DNA of 64,000 nt from Deltaproteobacteria bacterium (GCA_027028245.1 JALVJO010000038.1:17545-81544), one strand, 5' to 3'. Shown: positions 39,364 through 48,855, counted from the stretch's first letter. Translations and numbers: made by a program. Notes: generated by a model not told the origin, from the sequence alone.

Positions 39364-40803
39364 TTATGCGGCACTGCATGATCCATCTGGACTGGCCAAG
39401 GGACACAGCCTTTCAACTTCAACATCCTGCTCGCCTAGATCTTTTAAAACCTTTGCCGCAGCACCAGCTGCAAGTCTTTCTGAAAATCCAACATGGCTCT
39501 CCGGACTTATTATTGCCCTGATTTCCTCCTTGGAATATGAGCTGGCTATTCCCTCCTTTTTAAAGAGGATATCAAGAAATTCTCCCCTTTTTTCAGCAGC
39601 CTCCATGGCGGCTTCGTAAATCAACTGGTGGGCCCTGTCCTTCCCCATTTTTTCCCCGATATAAAACATCAAGGCCTCGCTGCATATCAGGGGTGCTGCA
39701 TTCTTAACATTATCACGGATCCTGTCCGTATGCACAACCAGCTCGTTCAAAATAAATTTCATTTGAGAAAGGGCAGAACAGGTATACTGGCATGAATCCG
39801 TTATGGCTGCCCATTCCACCCTGACAGCCCTGTAATCCCTCTCGTGTTCATTTATAAGGCACTCCATGCCCAGACCGGCTTGAGCCCTGACAAGCTTGGC
39901 AAGTACTGCCACCTGTTCGCACATTTCCGGGTTTCTCTTGTGGGGCATGGTACTGGAACCTATTTTACCATGGTGAAAAGGTTCTTCCATTTCACCCAGA
40001 CTGCTTCTGGAAAGCCCCCTTATTTCTTCAGCAATCTTGGCAAGGGTTCCACATATCAAAGCCAGCAAATTTAAAAATTCCGAAAAACGGTCCCTGGAGT
40101 TATGCCACGGAGTATCAGGCGGTTTTAGCTCCAGGCTGCGGGAGAACCTCTCCAACAGCTGCGGTGCCATTGGACCGAATGAATCCATGGTACCGACCCC
40201 TCCAAAGAGCTGGCTGACCAGGATTCTTTTTCTTGTCTCTTCCAGCCTTTCAAGGTGCCTGGCCAGCTCATCAAGCCATACGGCCATCTTGAGACCCAGT
40301 GTCATGGGAAGTGCATCCTGGGTGTGAGTACGTCCTACTGTTACCACGTCTTTGAAATGTTCCACCAAGGCAGCCAGCCGCCTCATTATAGAGACAAGAT
40401 CCCTGTGAACTATTAAAAGGACATCCCTGATCTCAAGAACCTGGGCGGTATCCTGGATATCCTGCGTAGTTGCCCCGTAGTGTATATATCCCCGGCTGGA
40501 CTTTCTGCATTTCACAGCCAGGGCGTTCAAGAGGGGCAGGAGGGAATGACTGGTACTCTCAAGCTCTCTTTTTACTGTCTCAAGATCCAGTTTTCTTATG
40601 TCTGCATTGGAGCTTATGTCACGGGCTGCACTGTCTGGAATAATGGCCAATGAGGCCTGAGTCACTGCCAATACGGCCTCGACATCAAGCCAGCGCTGAT
40701 ATCTGTATAAATCGCAAAAGATCCTCTTTACCTCAGGTGTTGCATATCCTCTGGAATAAAATCTTGAGTCTGTTATATGGCTTGCAGGACTGCACCTGGT
40801 CAT
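39364..40803 (-). CDS. Adenylosuccinate lyase/fumarase superfamily lyase B
   Basis: HYGATTQD, GRTH, GGVGT, signature GSSTMPHKRNP and HERD. Confidence 0.88.
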   Translation of the reverse strand: MTRCSPASHITDSRFYSRGYATPEVKRIFCDLYRYQRWLDVEAVLAVTQASLAIIPDSAARDISSNADIRKLDLETVKRELESTSHSLLPLLNALAVKCRKSSRGYIHYGATTQDIQDTAQVLEIRDVLLIVHRDLVSIMRRLAALVEHFKDVVTVGRTHTQDALPMTLGLKMAVWLDELARHLERLEETRKRILVSQLFGGVGTMDSFGPMAPQLLERFSRSLELKPPDTPWHNSRDRFSEFLNLLALICGTLAKIAEEIRGLSRSSLGEMEEPFHHGKIGSSTMPHKRNPEMCEQVAVLAKLVRAQAGLGMECLINEHERDYRAVRVEWAAITDSCQYTCSALSQMKFILNELVVHTDRIRDNVKNAAPLICSEALMFYIGEKMGKDRAHQLIYEAAMEAAEKRGEFLDILFKKEGIASSYSKEEIRAIISPESHVGFSERLAAGAAAKVLKDLGEQDVEVERLCPLASPDGSCSAA

Positions 40804-40874
40804 ATTCTTGGCCTTTGCACGTGGAAAAATGGTTTTAAATGTTTAAGGCAGCAGTCTGCCTCAATTGCAACAAA

Positions 40875-42248
40875 CTAAAGTTCCTGGGGGTCTTCAGCCC
40901 TTGATCTCCTGATTTGGCCTGCAACCTGGTTTATGATATTTACCGCCTGGCCCGTGTAGGCTTCGGGACTGTCCAGCATAAAAAGATCTCCTTTACTGAA
41001 AAGACCTCCTATCCCGGGATCTTCCATCACCAGCTCGCCAATGTTTCTGTCTTCTTTTTTTGCCTTTTCCACGATTTTGTTCAACTTTTCCATTGCATTC
41101 ATCTTGCCTATCTTTTCTCCCAGCCTGAAAAGAAGCCATTCCCCAGCTATAAAATCACCTTTAGATCTCAAGTTTTCGTACATTCGTTTAGTGTCTATTT
41201 CCAATGAGGACAAGATTGATTTCATATAAGAGGCAGCCGCACCTGTATAAATGCATATTTGAGGCATTGACAGCCATTCGGCCCACAAGCACCTTGGATC
41301 CCTTTCGTGTTCATGACACATGCTCTCTATTGCAACCGCAGAGAGAGCTCGAATGTGTTTTGAAAGTGCCTGAACCCTTTGACACAAAACGGGATTACGC
41401 TTGTGTGGCATGGTAGAACTTGCAGGCTGTCCCGGGGCCGCTTCAAAGAGTTCGGCGATCTCCGATTTCTGAAGTTGGTAAATCTCGTTTGCAATCTTTG
41501 AAAACGTGGAAGAAAGCATGGCCAGACAGCAGGCTGTATCCGCGATTGCATCGCGCCGCGTATGCCATGCCAATGGGTCATGCTCGAGGCCCAAAAGCCT
41601 CAATGTATGGCTTGCAATTTCAAGGGCGTTTTCTCCGAGAGCTGCAAGGGTCCCAACCGCACCGCCGAACTGACCATATCTAAGCCCGGAATGGCGATCT
41701 CTTATCCTATGGATATGGGACCTGATCTCCTTAAGCCAGACGGCAGTCTTGAGACCGAATGTGATTGGAAGGGCCTGCTGACCATGTGTTCTTCCTGCCA
41801 TGGGTGTGTCGGCGTACCGTTCTGAAAGAAGCAGGCAATTTGTTTCTATTTCTCGAAGATCCTTGTACATAAGTCCAAGGCTCAGGCGGATTCCAATGAT
41901 TTCAGCAGTATCAATGACGTCCTGGGTTGTGGCACCGTAATGAACATATTGTCCAGCCTCGCTGCTGCAGGCATGTCTCAAGGCCTGTAAGAGAGGGACC
42001 AAAGAATTCCGGCTTTTTCCATAACCTTTTCTGATTAAAGACTTATCCAACCGGTCAAAACGGGCATTTTCAACTATCTCCCGAGCTGCAGTCCCGGGGA
42101 TAATGCCCTTGTCTCCAAGGGTTGAAGCAAGCGCTGCTTCAAAATCAAGCCATCTCTGGAAAACAGCTTCTTCTTCGAATATCTCCCGTTGTTCCGGCGT
42201 ACTGAAAACATCCTGATTCAGGTGAAAATCAATCGGATGAACAGACAT
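40875..42248 (-). CDS. Adenylosuccinate lyase/fumarase superfamily lyase A
   Basis: HYGATTQD, GRTHGQQA, GAVGT, signature SSTMPHKRNP and HERD. Confidence 0.88.
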   Translation of the reverse strand: MSVHPIDFHLNQDVFSTPEQREIFEEEAVFQRWLDFEAALASTLGDKGIIPGTAAREIVENARFDRLDKSLIRKGYGKSRNSLVPLLQALRHACSSEAGQYVHYGATTQDVIDTAEIIGIRLSLGLMYKDLREIETNCLLLSERYADTPMAGRTHGQQALPITFGLKTAVWLKEIRSHIHRIRDRHSGLRYGQFGGAVGTLAALGENALEIASHTLRLLGLEHDPLAWHTRRDAIADTACCLAMLSSTFSKIANEIYQLQKSEIAELFEAAPGQPASSTMPHKRNPVLCQRVQALSKHIRALSAVAIESMCHEHERDPRCLWAEWLSMPQICIYTGAAASYMKSILSSLEIDTKRMYENLRSKGDFIAGEWLLFRLGEKIGKMNAMEKLNKIVEKAKKEDRNIGELVMEDPGIGGLFSKGDLFMLDSPEAYTGQAVNIINQVAGQIRRSRAEDPQEL

Positions 42249-42357
42249 GCTTAAGCCTCTTCCATAGGGTTAAAAACTGATCTTGATTCCATCTTACATG
42301 GAATCCCTGATATTAAGTAAGCGTCAGGATGCTCCCAAGGACAACATCGACTGCAGG

Positions 42358-42927
42358 TCAACTGATAATAATGGGGACCTCTTTTTCCCTAATGCCTTCA
42401 TAAAAGGCCCGAATAATCGGCCGTGATGGATCCACCAAGGAGATAATAAAGCTGAAAAGATTCGAATTTTTGGCCAGAATCATGTCCAGTTTGGTGGGCG
42501 TATCGCGCAGCCGATCATGATCCCATGGAACAATGTGCATGTGATAGGTGCCTATGGCAAGCAAATCATCTCTGTCGCATATTTCGTAACACTCCCTCAA
42601 TTCTTCAGGGTCGGTTATCCATCCCCTCTGGGAAAGCGGGGTCTTGGAGGCCACGGCATATCTGTTCATAACGTCATCCATATAGCTCTTAAGTGGCTCG
42701 TGCATCCTGGCATTTTTCTTAAAATAAAAAATTTTCAGTACATGAGCCGCGTCACCATCCAATGTCCCTGCAAGCATGCCATAGGCTCGTTTCACCCTGG
42801 TTTCACCCGGCAGATATTCTCCCGCCAGTTTTCTTCGGCAGTGCGACTTTACATCATCCCAGAGGGCCTCAGGGAGAAATATGTTTTTAAGACTTGATAA
42901 ACCTGTCACAGAATTCGACCTTGTCAA
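42358..42927 (-). CDS. Divergent JAB/MPN (Mov34) domain protein
   Basis: RAYGMLAG (compare EACGLLAG), IGTYHMH...TPTKLD (compare GxYHSH...PSxxD) and FIISL. Overlaps the ThiS-like gene by 4 nt. Confidence 0.6.
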   Translation of the reverse strand: MTRSNSVTGLSSLKNIFLPEALWDDVKSHCRRKLAGEYLPGETRVKRAYGMLAGTLDGDAAHVLKIFYFKKNARMHEPLKSYMDDVMNRYAVASKTPLSQRGWITDPEELRECYEICDRDDLLAIGTYHMHIVPWDHDRLRDTPTKLDMILAKNSNLFSFIISLVDPSRPIIRAFYEGIREKEVPIIIS

Positions 42928-43187
42928 CCCCCCGCTATGGGAATAATAAGAGAAATCTCATCGTCTTGTTTAAGACTTATCTGAGACCAGTCCTTTTGCT
43001 GGACCTTGACAAGTCTGCCGTTTACAAAGATGGAAAGAAGCTTAGGCTGCTCAAAGAGCACGTTTAGACCTTCATGCATCTGGACAAGTCTTTTCATGGT
43101 CCCTTCCAGGTCAGGGGCATCGATGACAATTTCTCGCTCGTTGTCAGTATATTTTCTATAAGGAAATGGAATTATAACGCGTGCCAT
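42924..43187 (-). CDS. MoaD/ThiS-family ubiquitin-like sulfur carrier
   Basis: 87 aa from ATG 43187; IFVNG, LKQDDEISLIIPIAGG-stop. Confidence 0.9.
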   Translation of the reverse strand: MARVIIPFPYRKYTDNEREIVIDAPDLEGTMKRLVQMHEGLNVLFEQPKLLSIFVNGRLVKVQQKDWSQISLKQDDEISLIIPIAGG

Positions 43188-43194
43188 GATATTC

Positions 43195-44058
43195 TTATCG
43201 TGATGATTCAAGCACTTCTGAAAGGGCCTGGGGAATATATGCCAGAATCTCCGAAATCTGCGTAGCAGGATTAGGTTGAGCAAGCTCTCCTGCTCTCCTG
43301 TTTGCCCTGCCTGCCACCATGCATGCCTCCACCGGAGTCTTTCCAGCGTAAATCAGGCCGCTGATCATGCCGGTGATAAGGTCCCCGGTACCTCCTACCG
43401 CCTCCATGGTTTCTACACATGGAGAATCGATTGTATCCACCACATTGCCGTCATGACAGATGTAATCCACTTTCCCCTTTACAAACATGGTCTTTGGCGC
43501 ATTTTTAGCCGCATAGGCCCGTTGAATCAGCTCCGTGACATTTTCTTCCATATGGAAAATAGCACCTCTGGTAAAAGCAGGATGGTCGGCCTTTTCATCA
43601 GCCAAAAAGGTCAGTTCTCCGATATCAGGTGTAAAAACATCGTAAAATACGGCATCTCCACCCGCCTTGGCCACATACATGGAACCGGCATCTGCTATGA
43701 GCACCGGTTTCCTGGGCATTTTTTTTACTGATTGCAGCACCCGTTTATTCAATTTCAAATCAGGCATTATGTAATGGAGGGTCATTACACTAAGCTGGAG
43801 AATGGGAAGATTTTCCTCGAGATATCGATAAATGGCCTCGCTTCCTTCCCTTTTTCCTATATCACCGGCTACAAGACCTACTGGTCTTTCACATCCCAAC
43901 AGCTCGCAAACCTGGCAGGCTGCAGTCATCATGGCTTCGTTGCCCCTGTTGATTCCAAGTTTTCTGCCGCCAATCTCAATACCTTCAGGAGAATAATCGA
44001 TGTGGCCCATGACAAGGGAAAGACCTTCCACGGGTACAGATCCTGCTAAAAGCAACAT
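43195..44058 (-). CDS. Ribokinase-fold protein (YjeF-C / NAD(P)HX dehydratase-like)
   Basis: LIADAG, FTPDIGEL, VKG..D and GGTGDLITG motifs. Confidence 0.75.
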   Translation of the reverse strand: MLLLAGSVPVEGLSLVMGHIDYSPEGIEIGGRKLGINRGNEAMMTAACQVCELLGCERPVGLVAGDIGKREGSEAIYRYLEENLPILQLSVMTLHYIMPDLKLNKRVLQSVKKMPRKPVLIADAGSMYVAKAGGDAVFYDVFTPDIGELTFLADEKADHPAFTRGAIFHMEENVTELIQRAYAAKNAPKTMFVKGKVDYICHDGNVVDTIDSPCVETMEAVGGTGDLITGMISGLIYAGKTPVEACMVAGRANRRAGELAQPNPATQISEILAYIPQALSEVLESSR

Positions 44059-44061
44059 CCG

Positions 44062-44607
44062 TCAGTCTCCTATGAGCCTGATCATTTCTTCTCTTGCCGT
44101 ATTGAGAGAATATGCGCAAAGGGAAAATCCTACTTCACCCGGGTCCGGGGCTTCGCGGAGCCTTTTGCCCAGCATGGACGTGGCAAGAAATGGGACATCC
44201 GGGCAACCACCTCCCGAAATATTAACGATTTCGCGGCTTTCCTTGTCCACGGTAATCTTCATGTTGGCTGCACGCACCATAAGATACCTGCCGAAATCCT
44301 TCACCCTGACGAACTGGAGGGGCTCGGTGCCCTTGGATGTTATGGGCACCACATCCATTGGTGGCAGTCCCACCCGGTGGAGAAGCTCAACTATTGCTGA
44401 TTCTGCATCAAAGGGAAACTCGACGCTCAAATCGCAGCCTGTTCTGTATGTGGGAGGCGGACTGACCACCCTTATGTCATACCCTTCGTCTCTTAAAAGC
44501 TCCTGAACCGAAATTACCGTTGTGGGATGCGCAAAAATCAGGAGTCCGCGGTCAGGCTTTCCTGTGTATTCTTTCTTTTTTTCTTTTTTCTTTTTAAACC
44601 AGAGCAT
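44062..44607 (-). CDS. DUF3343-domain protein (Cys-containing)
   Basis: PPPTYRTGCDL, NISGGGCPDVP and SLCAY motifs. Start at ATG 44607; the upstream part of the ORF overlaps yedE in another frame. Confidence 0.7.
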   Translation of the reverse strand: MLWFKKKKEKKKEYTGKPDRGLLIFAHPTTVISVQELLRDEGYDIRVVSPPPTYRTGCDLSVEFPFDAESAIVELLHRVGLPPMDVVPITSKGTEPLQFVRVKDFGRYLMVRAANMKITVDKESREIVNISGGGCPDVPFLATSMLGKRLREAPDPGEVGFSLCAYSLNTAREEMIRLIGD

Positions 44608-44654
44608 TATCACCTTACCCCTATAAATTTTTCCTAAAAACAGGTTATCTGGCA

Positions 44655-45731
44655 CTACCTGACAGCCGCTGGAGACCTCCGATAATACATGACTAAAACT
44701 ACACATGCCATGAGCCCTGCCAGCACGGCAATCTTTCCGTAAAAAGTCGGCCCTGCAGACGTTGATCTTATTGACCAACCAATGACCAAAGCCGCACCTG
44801 TGAGCATGCCAAAACACGTAACAGCCGAATCCACGTCCCCCTGGCCTGCCTTGATCACCTGTCTGAAGGGACAACCATCTATTATTACCGAGGCCAACCC
44901 TACCAGCATCATGGCTAAAAATGTCCACAGATGACTGGTATGAGAGGCGGGTTGACCGTTCAGACCCAGATGAAACTGTCCCAGCACAAGGCTGAGCACC
45001 AATGCCCCCAGAAACGCAGCCAGCACCCCCTTAAACAAGGTGCCCTCGCGAACAAGAAACAGGTTTCTGAAGCCACCGGTTATGCACAATCCTGAACGCT
45101 GTGCCAGACAGCCGATTACGAAGCTCACTGCCAGGGAGATAGGTACAGGTGCGTGCAGTGCGGCAGGACCAGTCTGGCCGAATACGATGAAGGCAGGCTT
45201 CATAAATAGGAAAAGAAGCAGGTTCAGGGCAAACAACGGAAAGATGTATCCGTTTATCTTGGGAAGCTTTCTCACTCTATCAAGGGCAACCCCGGCCTTT
45301 ATATACCTTGCCCCAAGCCATACACCAAGCATAAGACCCAGGAGGGCAGCGCAGGCCGTCAGGTCACCTGCAGCCAGCCGGTGAATCATCTTAATTGGGC
45401 ATCCTATAAACACCGCACAGCCCACTATCATAAAAAAACCCAGAAAAAAACGTATAATGGGAGAAGAGCCTCCAGTCACCTGAAAACGCCTTGTTGCCGT
45501 TGCCATGGCAAATGATCCAAGTACAAAACCGATCAATTCCGGCCTGAGATAGCTCATTCTGACATGAGAGTGAAGCTGCATGGCCCCGGCAAGGTTTTCC
45601 AGGAAACAGGAAAGACAGATACCTGAATTTACAGGGTTGCCCAGGTATGAAAGAACGACACAGCCGGCGCCAAGGACAGCACCGGTAATAATGGAAACGT
45701 CAAAGAAGCTCTTAAACACCTCTATTCGCAT
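44655..45731 (-). CDS. yedE: YedE/YeeE-family sulfur/selenium transporter (selenium-metabolism type)
   Basis: GNPxNxGICxxCF, YLRPEL.G, FIGCP, QRSGLC..GG and DGCPFRQ motifs; about 9-10 TMs. Confidence 0.85.
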   Translation of the reverse strand: MRIEVFKSFFDVSIITGAVLGAGCVVLSYLGNPVNSGICLSCFLENLAGAMQLHSHVRMSYLRPELIGFVLGSFAMATATRRFQVTGGSSPIIRFFLGFFMIVGCAVFIGCPIKMIHRLAAGDLTACAALLGLMLGVWLGARYIKAGVALDRVRKLPKINGYIFPLFALNLLLFLFMKPAFIVFGQTGPAALHAPVPISLAVSFVIGCLAQRSGLCITGGFRNLFLVREGTLFKGVLAAFLGALVLSLVLGQFHLGLNGQPASHTSHLWTFLAMMLVGLASVIIDGCPFRQVIKAGQGDVDSAVTCFGMLTGAALVIGWSIRSTSAGPTFYGKIAVLAGLMACVVLVMYYRRSPAAVR

Positions 45732-46285
45732 CCTCCGGCTATTCTGCGTTGAAGGTAGTAGATATCGTTTATGGCAGTTTGAATCTGTTTATCTTCAGGT
45801 TTCAGTTTTTTCTCCCTGTTCAGCTTTCCTCTGGCACTTGAAATCAGCTTCATTATTTCGTCACCTATATAGAGAGGCGTGGTCTTGTCAACGTAATCCG
45901 GATCCAATTCTACAGCGCGGCGATAGCTGCGGACTGACTTAACAATTTGTCCCTGCTGGCTGTAAAGCCTTCCAAGCAGTACAAGGCCGTAGGCATCATC
46001 GGGATGATCTTTTAGGATTTTTAAAACCTTGGAAACGGCCTGATCGAAATCCCCTTTTTTTTCAAGATAAAGGACATCCTTATAAAGCCAGGCCTTCTTG
46101 GCCAGCTGTTCTTCATATCTCTTCTGAAGGGTATTTATACCTGGTGAGCCGTGGCTAGAGTCGGCCTTCAATTCAAGCTCGTGCTGCACAATCATGCCGG
46201 CAGTAACAGCAACAAGCACAATCAGAACAGCAGTATTCACTCGGAAAAACCAATCCACCCCTTCATTCTCCATATGGTTCGCCAT
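45722..46285 (-). CDS. Membrane-anchored TPR protein with C-terminal -IAGGCE
   Basis: One N-terminal TM and TPR repeats (LLGRLY..YRRAVELDPDY). Overlaps the yedE start. Confidence 0.8.
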   Translation of the reverse strand: MANHMENEGVDWFFRVNTAVLIVLVAVTAGMIVQHELELKADSSHGSPGINTLQKRYEEQLAKKAWLYKDVLYLEKKGDFDQAVSKVLKILKDHPDDAYGLVLLGRLYSQQGQIVKSVRSYRRAVELDPDYVDKTTPLYIGDEIMKLISSARGKLNREKKLKPEDKQIQTAINDIYYLQRRIAGGCE

Positions 46286-46324
46286 TTATGAAGTGGAGCA
46301 GCAATCTTGATCTAGATCCAGGGA

Positions 46325-47293
46325 CTAAAACCGTCCGGCTCCTGAAACGGGTTCATTGGCAAAGTTGCATATCCTGACTCGACCAAGGCCCTTATCACTG
46401 GATGCATCCTTGATGCTGCTTCTAATCTTTTTCAAATCAGTACTTCCCCACCAGTTATAGCGGGCATCAACATCCTGCTCCTGACCTTCCAAGAGGGAGA
46501 TGTTATAATCTGAGTTATCAAAGATATTGTTCTCTCTTAATATGAGCCGGGGGACGGAATACAAGATGATCCCTTTTGCGTTCTTGAAAATATTGTTGAA
46601 GCGGATGCAGCATGGACCGCTTTTCTTGGTAAAGATGCCGAAGAATTTATTTTCTGTGATTTGATTATGGGATATTATAGAATTGGCAGATCCCCCGATC
46701 AATATGCCGCCGCCATTTTGCCAGATCCTGTTGTAAACAACGGGTACAGCACATTTTATATCCATACCCCGTATATTTTTCATTCCTATGGCAACACCAT
46801 TGTCGTGCAGCCTGCAGCGGCTGACCAGCACCTGTGCTGAATGGCAGTGTATTGAGGTATGACCGTAACTGATGCTGCAAAACTCCAGGATATTGTCCCT
46901 GCTGCCGATGAAATTAATGGCTCCCCAGTCTGAGACAGACGGCCTTTTTTCAGCGCTGGTAAAGGTGATCATCTTGTCCCTTAATCCCTGGGCGATAAGT
47001 CTGCCCCTGACAATCAGTTCGGCCCTGGGGAAATGATTTGCCTTATCAAGACTGAGTTTATCAGGCCCGAAATCCTTAATCTTTTTAAATCTGATATTGG
47101 TCCCGGGAAGGATTATCAGAGTAGCCCCCCTGTTTATCCTCACATCCCCCTTCAGGAGGATGTCTCCCTGCCACACCGTGTCAGAAGTTATTTCCGTCTT
47201 GCTGTTTATTTCCTGGACTGCATAAGCTGGAGATGAATAAAGGAGAAAAAAAACATTCAGAACAAAGAAAAAGAATCTTGCCAGCTTTACCAT
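46325..47293 (-). CDS. Secreted parallel beta-helix protein
   Basis: Signal peptide; DTVWQG..GATLIILPGT, ITFTS...DWGAI and DARYNWWG motifs. Confidence 0.82.
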   Translation of the reverse strand: MVKLARFFFFVLNVFFLLYSSPAYAVQEINSKTEITSDTVWQGDILLKGDVRINRGATLIILPGTNIRFKKIKDFGPDKLSLDKANHFPRAELIVRGRLIAQGLRDKMITFTSAEKRPSVSDWGAINFIGSRDNILEFCSISYGHTSIHCHSAQVLVSRCRLHDNGVAIGMKNIRGMDIKCAVPVVYNRIWQNGGGILIGGSANSIISHNQITENKFFGIFTKKSGPCCIRFNNIFKNAKGIILYSVPRLILRENNIFDNSDYNISLLEGQEQDVDARYNWWGSTDLKKIRSSIKDASSDKGLGRVRICNFANEPVSGAGRF

Positions 47294-47823
47294 TAAGATC
47301 TCTCCGCTCCGGATTTGGTCAGCATCTTAATCTCGTCTTTTATCTTCTGCTTGTCTGCAGGCCCTTGGGCAAGGGTTTCAGCCCTGGAAAATTCCTGTTC
47401 AGCATCCACCTTCCTGCCCATTTTCTCAAAAACCACGGCCTTATGTACATGAACCAGGATATCAGAAGAATTTACCTTTTCTGCAATGTTGAAATATTGC
47501 ATTGCCTTTTCAAGGGCATTCTTTTTCATGAAGACCAGCCCGAGACCATCCAACGCATTGAAGTTACGGGAATCCTTTTTCAGAACCTTTTCGAATTGTT
47601 TCTGAGCTTCTTCCATCTGTCCTGCCAGCCAGTATGCCATGCCAAGCTTGTTCCTGGTTTCCAGGTCATCAGGGTTCATGAAAAGGACCATGTTGTACTG
47701 CAAAATCTGTACGGAAGGGGGGAACTTAGATATGTCACCGTGGGCAAACACCTGGGAGGGGCCGATACACATTGCAATACAGGCCAATATACAGACTGCA
47801 GCTTCAAAACATTTCATGGTCAT
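47293..47823 (-). CDS. Periplasmic TPR protein
   Basis: Signal ending VFA-HG; TPR repeats (RNKLGMAY, ALDGLGLVF). Confidence 0.82.
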   Translation of the reverse strand: MTMKCFEAAVCILACIAMCIGPSQVFAHGDISKFPPSVQILQYNMVLFMNPDDLETRNKLGMAYWLAGQMEEAQKQFEKVLKKDSRNFNALDGLGLVFMKKNALEKAMQYFNIAEKVNSSDILVHVHKAVVFEKMGRKVDAEQEFSRAETLAQGPADKQKIKDEIKMLTKSGAERS

Positions 47824-47874
47824 CAGATCAGTATCAGAATCAAATTCCGCCTAAAACCAACGTCTCTTTCACAG

Positions 47875-48807
47875 TCAATCTTTACGATATGGAGCCATAT
47901 TGCAGAGTTTCAGCCTATCGCGTATGGGGTCATATTCTTTATCTACGGCCTTGACGAAGCCGTCTATCCACATGCGCTTAAGCACCTTTAGTACCTCCCC
48001 GTCTACCAGGACTGTCTCATCCTTTTTCAAATTTAAAAGCAATTCCAAAACCTGTTCCTGAAGAACAGGATCAACCTGGGGCATGGCACCAATGGTGCAG
48101 TATGGCATGGGTATGCTCTCGGCTATAATGTTGAAATCCTGTTTGCGAACCTTATGTTCTTCAATCATTTGGTCCAGATCGATCCTGGGAGCCGCCCCCA
48201 CATCATATTTGCCAAAATAAACTCCATAAATCACCTTTTCATGCTTTGCAGAGCCCATGGGGATGGCATAAAGTGAAAAATCGATTTCCGGGTCAAATCC
48301 ATGCTTCAAAAGCATTGCATATTGGGCCATAAAGCCGAAGGGAGCCAGGGCAGGTCCGAAAATCATGCTCTTTCCCTTCATGTCCTTTATGGTCTTTATA
48401 CCGCTGTCTTTCAGCGAAATTATGGTTCCTGTTGACTTGTAGCCATTTCGTCCGCGAACATCTACTGCCAGAAGCTTCATGCCGAATCTCTTATTGAGCA
48501 TTATGGCGATTATGGAATTGACATGGACAAAATCCACCTTCTTTTGCTGGGCCAGATCTTCAAATTCGAACGTATTTGCCAGGACCATTTCGAATTTCCT
48601 GCCTGTCTTTTCAGAAAGATAGGCAGTAAGAGGAGCAAATCTTGCCCGGGACTGTTCCCGGCTGTCGCAAATCATGAAGCCTATGCGGACAGGTTTTTGA
48701 CTGGTGAACTTGGAGCCCTTATCTTCTTTGCTGCACCCAGAAAGGGCGAAAATAAAAACACCTAAAATTATTGTTATTGCCTTGATATATATATTATTGG
48801 GATCCAT
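47875..48807 (-). CDS. PhnD-like substrate-binding lipoprotein (orphan)
   Basis: Lipobox LSGC; RFAPLTAYLSEKTG, SGIKTIKDMKGK and HEKVIYGV..G.YDVG motifs. No ABC permease or ATPase nearby. Confidence 0.82.
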   Translation of the reverse strand: MDPNNIYIKAITIILGVFIFALSGCSKEDKGSKFTSQKPVRIGFMICDSREQSRARFAPLTAYLSEKTGRKFEMVLANTFEFEDLAQQKKVDFVHVNSIIAIMLNKRFGMKLLAVDVRGRNGYKSTGTIISLKDSGIKTIKDMKGKSMIFGPALAPFGFMAQYAMLLKHGFDPEIDFSLYAIPMGSAKHEKVIYGVYFGKYDVGAAPRIDLDQMIEEHKVRKQDFNIIAESIPMPYCTIGAMPQVDPVLQEQVLELLLNLKKDETVLVDGEVLKVLKRMWIDGFVKAVDKEYDPIRDRLKLCNMAPYRKD

Positions 48808-48855
48808 ATCAATGATAATCTGCCCGCGTTTCCGTTAGTACAAAAATACTAGTCT

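Noticed and set aside
39364-42248. Calling the lyases purB or pcaB
   Set aside because: There is no purine or aromatic-degradation context and the paralogs are tandem, so only the superfamily is supportable.
47875-48807. Phosphonate uptake (phnD)
   Set aside because: No phnC, phnE or C-P lyase genes are present. The similarity is fold-level only.
42924-48807. Selenocysteine read-through in the YedE region
   Set aside because: The ORFs look full length with Cys at motif positions, and the TGA stops fall at natural protein ends. I did not run a SECIS search.
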